A DNA stretch of 64,000 nt from NCBI RefSeq assembly GCF_009914755.1, contig NC_060934.1; one strand, 5' to 3'. The notes under the pieces were generated by a model. The model was not told where the DNA came from. It worked only from the letters and a program-made list of their open reading frames with translations, and made no database searches. Positions 55,322-64,000 of this stretch are shown in pieces. The DNA comes from the human T2T-CHM13v2.0 reference genome, Homo sapiens. The position numbers and the translations under genes are program-made. How positions within the stretch are numbered: the first letter of the stretch is position 1; the number at the start of each line of letters is the position of its first letter.

Positions 55322-55789
55322 CCATCCATTGGCAGAAAATAGGTTTTCTTTGATTTCACTCAGAAGTCAGTATTTGATTTTTGAAGAGAGAACCAGACTA
55401 GAGAATAAAGAGACTTGCATTTTAATCCAGCTACTGCCACTAACATCATCATCAGCCAACCTAATTCCTCTGAGCCTCAGTTTTTCCCACTGGGTTAATT
55501 TTAATTTTGTTTAATTTTGTGTTGTTCTTTCACCTTATTACCTCTTACAGGCAACTTTAGCAAGATGTTTACTCTTATGGGCAAAATTCACAGAAACCAA
55601 AAGCATGTTCTTAAACACGCTGAGGCTCTGGGACTTCATTATTCTGTGCCACAGATCAGAGGAAAGTAATTTTGAAAGGATCACAGGTTATTGGATCATG
55701 TAATTTTTAAAAATTTCAACAGTAAATTCTTAGGACATTTACTGTGTGACTATGTAATTTTCTTGTAGACACCTTAAGTAAATATCCAT

Positions 55790-56255
55790 TGTGAACCCCA
55801 AAAATCTGAGACACATCTCAGTTAATTTAGAAACTTTATTTGGCCAAAGTTGAGGACACGTGCCCAATGACACAGTCCCAGGAGGTCCTGATGACATGGG
55901 GCCAAGGTGGTCAGAACACAGTTTGCTTTTACACATCCTAGGGAGACATGAGACATCAATCAACATATGCAAGATGAGCACTGTTTCTGTCTGGAAGGTG
56001 GGACAACTGGTAGCAAAGGCAGGAAGACTCCAAGAGGGAGGGAGCTTCCAGGTCATAGGTAGATAAGAGACAAATAGTTGCACTCTTTTGAGTTTCTGAT
56101 TAGCCTTTCCAAAGGAGGCAATCAGATATGGGTTTATCTCAGTGAGCAGAGGGGTGACTTTGAAGAATGGGAGGCACGTTTGCCCTAAGCAGTTCCCAGC
56201 TTGACTTTTCTTTAGCTTAGTGATTTGGGGGCCCAATATTTATTTTCCTTTCATA
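55790..56255 (-). mobile_element. MER4A-like (ERV1) solo LTR
   Basis: Reverse complement: GAAAGGAAAATAAA...AAATCACTAAGCTAAAG...GCTGGGAACTGCTTAGGGCAAAC. Confidence 0.88.
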
Positions 56256-56339
56256 CCTTTGAAGATAGTAAAAATACTCATGCACACCTAGAGGAAGAAA
56301 TTCTCACCAAGGAGGAACATCGGTTGCTTTGGTTGAGGG

Positions 56340-57112
56340 GGTAGTAGTGAGACACGGTGGCCTCCTCTGCAAAAATTCCATCTCTCCCCTTTTGGGTGGA
56401 GCCACATTTAGTTTGGTGATTGGACCCCATCTGTGCTCCAGGGTGGGCCTTGACTGATCTAATGCCAATCAGGATAATCCTACCAATCAGTTCAGGGGAA
56501 GACATGTGGCTTGAATTGTTCCAATCAGACTGCAACTCAGAACTCTTTTCTAGTTCTTGGGGTAAAAAAAGATTTCTCTTCTTCTGTGTGGTATGGTAAG
56601 TATAAGGATATGAGACTTAGGTTAACTGCAGCCATTTGCTACCAGAAAGGAAACCAACCTAAGGGATAAGGCAACATATGGAAGAGAAGAGGACCAGAGA
56701 ATTGCAGAAAAATGGGGCCAGAGCCGTGATCAATACAAACTGGAAGCCCATTGGACCTCTGAGCTTGATAAGCTCTTTCATTTTCTCAAACATTTTTTTA
56801 AAAAAATAGAGTTAGGATCTTCCTCTGTAACCCAGGCTGGAGTCCTGTGATGTGATCATAGCTCCTTGCAGGCTTGAACTCCTGGGCTCAAACGATCCTC
56901 CCGCTTCAGCCTCCCCAGGTGCTGACTACAGGTGCAAACCACCATGCCTGGCTATTTTTTTTATTATTTGCAGGGACAGAGTCTTGCTATGTTGCCCAGG
57001 CTGGTCTCGAACTCCTGGCATCAAGCGATCCTCCTGCCTCAGCCTCCCATTTTAGGCCATTTTTGAGTTAGAATTTCTATTATTTCCAACCTGAAGCATC
57101 GTAATTGGTACC
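56340..57112 (+). mobile_element. LTR16-like (ERVL) LTR, interrupted by an Alu
   Basis: GCCAATCAGG, CCAATCAGACTGCAACTCAG, GCAGCCATTTGCTACCAG. Confidence 0.55.
56793..57048 (-). mobile_element. 5'-truncated AluJ
   Basis: Ends at GCCTCAGCCTCCC. Confidence 0.88.
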
Positions 57113-57574
57113 TGATATACCCCATCTACCTTTCAGGAAGAGTCAAAACTATCAACTTTTTAACCTTAGTCTCCTCATTGGTAAATGACACTCGGAATAA
57201 GATCGCTTTCCTCTCTGAATTGTTTGAGATATTATAATTCACCAAGGAGCTCACATGGAAGCAGAGCTCCTGCTGCTTTCAGGCTGAAGGCTACACCTTT
57301 GCAAAATTTCCAGGACAGCAGAAAAACAAAAACAAAGACAAAAAACCTTCAGATCACTGGCTCGAAACAAATTCAAGGGCAGACAGAGCAAGACTATTCA
57401 TAAAAAAATCCATTGAGTAGAAATCCACTTCCTATAGTGTATGTGCATTTGTTCTAGTTCCACTTCTTGGGCTGCAATGAATAAGTCGGATCCTTCTTCT
57501 ACCAGATAACTCTTGTTTTTTTTTGCAAACCAGTCGTTGACAACCCCATCGAAGGGCTCCTCATATGTCATGTA

Positions 57575-58470
<896 letters not shown>

Positions 58471-59384
58471 TTAAGCTTCTGTAAAACAAATGGAAAAGCC
58501 AGAGAAACCCCATCCATTGGAATGGGGTCTACCAGTGTGGATCTGGATATGCTTGGCCAGCTTTTCTTGGCACTGCTCAAATTGGAGACAGACTATCCTA
58601 TAGGCACAGCTCTTGCTCTTCCCTGGCTCACGGTCCCACCACACTCTAGCTCAGGCTTCTCTCTGTGGCACTCTGTACTCACGGCGATTTCTCCCTCGCT
58701 TTTGGAGCTGCCTTTCCCTTCTTGGCCCACATCTACCAACTGGAAAAGAAAACAGAAAATGAAACCGCTGGAAAGGCATCTTTCCTGGAGAGTCTGCTAA
58801 TCTTTGTGGAGAACCACACAGGAAGCATGTCCCCTCAGTTCTCACTGACATCCCAGATAATGTAAACTCCCCACTTCCTGTACAGCTGGCTCAGGAATTG
58901 GCCTCTCTGACACAATGAAGGAAGCTTCAGTTTCTCATTATTTAACAGTTGGACACCCACTTGCTCTCTTGGATCCTAGGGCTATCTTTCCCTCTTTTTT
59001 CAAGGGTTTTGTTTTCTTTCTTCATCTGGTTCACCTTCAGATTTAAGAAAGTGTGAGAGAGAATGATGGTCTAGTCTTTTCATCATTTCTTCTTCTCGCT
59101 AAACCTGTCTGGTTCTTCATCCATATGCGGAACATTTTTTATGACTGAGTAGACAGAAATGGGCTTCTGGAGCCCAGCTATCATTTGACATATTGTTGTT
59201 ATTCTTCCCAGTAAAAACACTTCCACAAAAGAGCAACTGGTGGTAACTGAATATGTCTGCAGAAAAAAAGAAAATAAATATGCAGTACATTTCAATATGA
59301 GAACATTTTCCCTCCTCTGGCTTCCTGGAGTATATAGTGCAGGTGGCAAGGAAATATCCTTTGCCTTACACAGTATAAAGGCTA

Positions 59385-60080
59385 GACCAGCGGTTCTCAA
59401 AATGCAATCCTTAGACAGTGGCATCAGTGTCACCTGGCATATTGTTATCTATTGCTGCATCGCATGTATCCCAAAACTCAGTGGTGTTAAACACCAGTCA
59501 ACATTTATTATTTCTCACAGTTTCTGTGGGTCAGGAATTTAGCTTAACTGGCTGGGGTCCCATGAGATTACAGACAAGATGTTACCCAGAGCTGTGGTCT
59601 CATCTGAAGGCTCTATGAAATCAGTTTCCAAGGTGGCACACACAGGCGGCTGGCAAATTTGTGCCAGGTGTTGGTGAGATGCCTCATTTCCTCCCTAGGT
59701 TGCTCACGTGTCCTCCAGACACGAAGGTCTGCCTTTCCCAGAGGGTGTGATCCAAGAGAGAGGGTGTGGAAACTGCTGTGCCTTTTAGAGCCTTGTCTTA
59801 AAATCACATGGCCATCTATTAACATCAAACATAGTTAGAAACAAGTCATTTAATCTAGATCACACTTAAGGGGAGGAAAAGAAGTCTCCACCTTTTGAAG
59901 GCAGGAATGTGAAAAAGGTTGTGGACATATTCTAAAAATTACACACCTGGCCAAGAAATGCACTTTCTTGGGCCACACTCCAGACCTACTGAATCAGACA
60001 CTGTGGGGCTGGGTCCATCAGTCTGTTTTCACAAGCCCTCTGGGTGATTTTGGTGCTGGCTAAAGTTGGGGAACGACCAG
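59385..60080. mobile_element. MER5A split by an MLT1 LTR
   Basis: CAGCGGTTCTCAAAATG...TCACCTGG / AGAAATGCA...CCAGACCTACTGAATCAGA. Confidence 0.8.
59438..59945 (-). mobile_element. MLT1 (F/G/H-like) LTR
   Basis: TSD CCTGG (59433-59437, 59946-59950); TCTCACAGTTTCTGTGGGTCAGGAAT. Confidence 0.85.
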
Positions 60081-60225
60081 GTTGGACAAAAGGACACTAA
60101 GAAAACCTCAACTCACTTGTAGTGAAGCCTCACCAGCCAGGGCTACCTTCTAGAATCTAGAAGCTGAGTTTTCATGAATCCACTGAGAGATAATGGCCTT
60201 ACTTCAAGTTCATCTATAGCAAAGG

Positions 60226-60643
60226 TACAGTAGGCAGAATGATCCCCCACGCCCCCACAATGTCCATGTCCTAATCCCAGAAACCTTTGACTATGTCACC
60301 TGACATGACAAAAGGGACTTTGCAAATGTGATTAAGTTAAGTATCTTGAGGTGGGATATTAACCTGGATTATCCAGTCGGGCTCCAGTTAATCAGAAAGG
60401 ATTTTCATAAAAGAGAGACAGGAGTTAGATGGAGGAAGGGGCCATGAGCCAAGGAATACAGCCAAGCCCTAGAAGCTGGAAAAGTCGAGACCACAGAATC
60501 ACCCTGAGAATCACCAGAAATAACGCAGCCAGGCTGACCTATTCTCGACTTCAGAGCTCCGGAACTGTCAGATAATACATGTGTGTTGTTTTAGGCCCCT
60601 GAGTCTATGGTAATTTGTTACAGCAGGAACAGGAAATTAATAC
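60226..60643 (+). mobile_element. MLT1C/D LTR
   Basis: AAAAGGGACTTTGCAAATGTGATTAAG; CTGGATTATCC; AATTAATACA end. Confidence 0.88.
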
Positions 60644-60789
60644 AAAAGTGTTCTTGTTTGAACTTTCCTTTTGGTGGAAGAGGGAGAAGAGTAAGAGGAG
60701 GGGATGGTCTGCTTCCTTAGATGTTTCCACCAAAAGGGTAGACATCCATTTCATTGCAGATTCTGTACTTGTAATTTTACTTGCAGAAG

Positions 60790-60979
60790 CAAAATGCTCT
60801 AGAATGGTGCCAGTAGCCATATGAGGAATCAAAACTATTTCAAATTAAAAATTCAGTTCCCAGTCTCACCAGCCACTTTTCAAGGGCTCCATAGCTAATA
60901 AGGTGAGTGGCTAATGCATTGAGCAGCCCAGATATAGGGAATTTCCACCCTTAAAAAAAGTTACATTAGATAGTGCTGC
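60790..60979. mobile_element. MER3-like (hAT-Charlie)
   Basis: TAAAAATTCAGTTCCCAGTCTCACCAGCCAC...ATTAGATAGTGCTG. Confidence 0.7.
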
Positions 60980-61001
60980 TTTAGTCTTTGCTCTTTCCTA
61001 A

Positions 61002-61329
61002 TTTTTTCTTTTTCTTTTTTTTCTTTTTTTTTTTTTTTTAGCATTTGGGTCTTGCTCTGTTACCCAGGCTGGAGTGCAGTGGTGTGATCAGACTTGAGCT
61101 GCAGCCTTCAGCTCCTAGGCTCAAGGAATCCTCCCACCTCAGTCTCCTGAGTAGCTGGGACTACAGGTAGGCACCACCACATCTAGCTGATTAATTTGTT
61201 GTTGTTGTTGTTTTGAGATGTGGTCTTGATTGGTTGCCAGTCCTGGTCTTGAACTCCTGGCCTCAAGCAATCCTCCTGCCTTAGCCTCCCAAAGTGTTGG
61301 ATTACAGGTATGAGCCACTATGCTTGGTT
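61002..61329 (-). mobile_element. AluJ
   Basis: TSD CTTTCCTAATTTT on both sides. Confidence 0.94.
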
Positions 61330-62689
61330 CCTTTCCTAATTTTAAGTAAGCTTTTGCAAAATATTGTCCCACATCTTGGCCATGGCTATGAGTGCAGGTG
61401 GGTATTACTGGACACTTTTAGCTCTGGAACTTGTATTTACTTGCTGTACTCATTAGCTAGGTTTTAAAAACTGTACTTTAGGGGCTCCTAGGGATTAACT
61501 GTACTTTAGGGGCTGCAGGAACAAAAACATGGAGGGGTGAGGGAAGCACATCTCCTGGAAGTCATTTGGACAAGATTCCTTCTCACTTAAGACCACAACT
61601 AGAAGCAAGAAGTCATTTGTGCTTGAATATTGACCTGGACTTACCATCTGGAGTTCCTGTATTTGTGAAGATTTCTTCAAAAACTTGATCCAAATATTAT
61701 TTCAGAGGAAGCAGTTAATTTGAAACATAGTATATTAGGTTTAGGATTAACTCAACTATTTTGTATTTATATTCCCAGAAACATTGTATTCTTTTCCATT
61801 GAAACATACACACCACACCCACACCCACCCACACACATACGTACTTTATAGAATACACTGTACCTGTCTATTGCAGAGAGTTTTATGGTGCATCTAGCCA
61901 AAACCAATAAAATGTGGATAAAAATGGAGTCTTTGGTAGTTTCTTTCGGCCATAGAATCCCCAGCCCCCAAGGGGCTTCTTAACGGAATTGACAACCCCA
62001 TTGGTTCAGGAGAGGCTGACTGGCAAGGTGATAGAACCCCACATTTGATCGAAGTTGCTAAACTTCTCATATTGAGCGTTATAAGTGTTAAATGGGTTGA
62101 GATCACACTTCTTTCCTCTGACAGTAATCTCACTTTATCGGATACTATCATTATTATTTATGATATTAATAATAATATCATTATTTATTATTATCAGCTA
62201 CTATCTCATTATTAATTATATATAAATTTCCCAACTAGAGCAAAATTCTCTGGGAACAGAGAGCGTGCCTTGTGCTTCTACCTGTCTTGGGCAGAATAAA
62301 CTCTCAACAGATGCAGGCTGGAGTGATTGTCGCTGCTGTTTTATGAACAAGAGCCTGTCTCTGTTTGTAGAGTATGCCTGGGTCATGCAGCCTTTGCAGG
62401 CCTGTTTTCTCATCCTGAAAACCCAGATATCTGTGGATAGATGAGCTCTGTATCTTTCTAACTCTGTTCTTTCTAGCTCTGAAGTTCTGTAATTATGTGA
62501 CGGATGAAAATAATTAGAATCAAATAATTCTCTATTTTAAGGTTAAAAAGGGAAATCCATCATGTATGATAGCAATAGAAAAAATAGACCATATTTAACA
62601 GCCTTCATTATTTTTCTTTAAAACTCATAATGCCTCTGTAGCTATTTGTAAACAAGTCTCATATAAAAAAATAAAATTGAGCGAGGCAG

Positions 62690-63000
62690 GGCTAGAGGTG
62701 AATTTACCTGTAACTGATGAAGCTAACACTTTGGTATCCCTCAAGAATGTGCCCCTTCCAAGGGCCTGGGATGGACTTTAGCAGTGCGGTTATATGTTCA
62801 TATATTTCATAATCTTAAAAAGTATGCTATTGTAGCTGTAATCTGTTACGATTGCCATCTCCTTTCATTCATGTTTCCCATTCTCTTGGGTAGTGTTGGG
62901 ATGATTGTGGGTGTTTATAAGATCCAGTTAATAAAAGAGGAGTTGGGGATGCATTTACTTTGGGTTTGGTAGCTTATATTGATGTGGTTCACTCAAAGGA
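62690..63000. mobile_element. hAT-Tip100 fragment (MER69/Arthur-like)
   Basis: AGAGGTGAATTTACC...TGAAGCT...GCCCCTTCCAAGGGCCTGGGA. Confidence 0.5.
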
Positions 63001-63189
63001 CTCTAGAAAATTAAGAGTGTAGGATTTTCCCATTCCTGCCAAAACTCTGGGTGGGGAGTTATTGAGTCAAAACAATTGCGAGAATTTGGGAAGTGGGAAA
63101 GAAGAGGAAAATGAAAAAGCTTGCATGGTCCTCAAATGGAAGGGTTTACCTTTGCATAATCGGGGCTGTTTTAACAACCAGCAGTGCTC

Positions 63190-63410
63190 TGGAATCAGGC
63201 ATGTTGAGACCAAGAGCTTTGGAATCAAGTTCAAATTTCAGTTGTGCAATGTATCAACTGTGTACCTTTGGATAAATTATTTTCCTTTGAATCTGTTCCC
63301 TCACGCATTACTGAGGATAGGAATATCGACTACCCTGTACTACCCACAGTTGTTGGGAACTTTAAATGCTATCACATGCATATGCACATAATAGGCACTA
63401 TAAATTACAG
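63190..63410 (+). mobile_element. MIR
   Basis: AAGAGCTTTGGAATCA...CTGTGTACCTTTGGATAAATTA. Confidence 0.55.
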
Positions 63411-63719
63411 CTCTTAAAAATCATGATATGAGATGTTCTCGTGATGTATTTAATTTGAATATCAAAAATTCCAAGCAAGGAAAAAGATCTCCTTTAGAGA
63501 TTTTTGAAGTTAGGAGAGGCTTCCAAGTGTTTAAACAAGGCTTAAATTGTGGCTCTGCAAAGCTGTGACTTGCCCAAAGTCATGCCTCTGGGGAGTGGCA
63601 GGGCTGGTCTTAGAATCCACCTGCCCTAACTTGGAGTATAGTTAGGATAGGTGGGTCCCTTATAGTGAAAGCAAATCAAGAAGTAAGTATGCTGCAAAGG
63701 CCATGTATGAAGAACTGCT

Positions 63720-63980
63720 GGTATCAGTTTTAAAAAATGCAGTTATCTTTGACCAGTGTTTAGGAATCATACATACATTATCCCACTATAACCTTCATGA
63801 CCACCCTATGAGAAAGTTGCTATATAGTTGCTATTTTATAGATTAAAAAACTAAAATACTGAGACCCAGAAAAGTTAAGAATTTGTTCCAGGCCACACAT
63901 TAATAAATAACAGAACTTGAATTCAACCATAGGTCTGTGTGACCCCAAAGCCACGCCCTTTCTCCTTCTTCCATACTGCC
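63720..63980 (-). mobile_element. MIR
   Basis: ACCACCCTATGAG...ACTGAGACCCAGAAAAGTTAAG...AGGTCTGTGTGACCCCAAAGCC. Confidence 0.75.
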
Positions 63981-64000
63981 CTGTCTTCGTCTGTGTCCAG

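Noticed and set aside
62146-62225. AT-rich quasi-palindrome
   Set aside because: Low-complexity sequence in which short stems are expected by chance.

Overview
Primate (human-like) non-coding genomic DNA, intergenic or intronic. It is dominated by old interspersed repeats: about 33 Alu units (AluJ/AluS/FLAM-like, no clear AluY), many MaLR LTRs (THE1, MST, MLT1), ERV1/ERVL solo LTRs (MER4A, MER34-like, MER21-like, MLT2, LTR16-like), L1M, L2, L3/CR1, MIR and hAT DNA-transposon fragments, plus microsatellites. I can support no protein-coding gene, structural RNA gene or CRISPR array; the longer listed ORFs overlap Alu, LTR, L2 or low-complexity sequence, and none of the rest resembles a protein I recognise. 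The most unusual signal is a set of local, non-tandem duplications that repeat-family homology does not explain: 1-340 vs 3247-3930 (the first copy keeps the empty site of an Alu inserted in the second), 36228-36452 vs 38912-39136 (about 97% identical), 42935-43002 vs 44315-44382, and 47400-47463 vs 48420-48483. There is also a 16-bp foldback hairpin at an LTR end. Two of the copies are bracketed by short direct repeats, consistent with templated-insertion repair scars. Unproven candidate + strand exons and promoter/enhancer-like motif clusters are also noted. I do not see a demonstrably new biological system. Repeat subfamily names are from recall of consensus sequences and boundaries are approximate unless a TSD is given.
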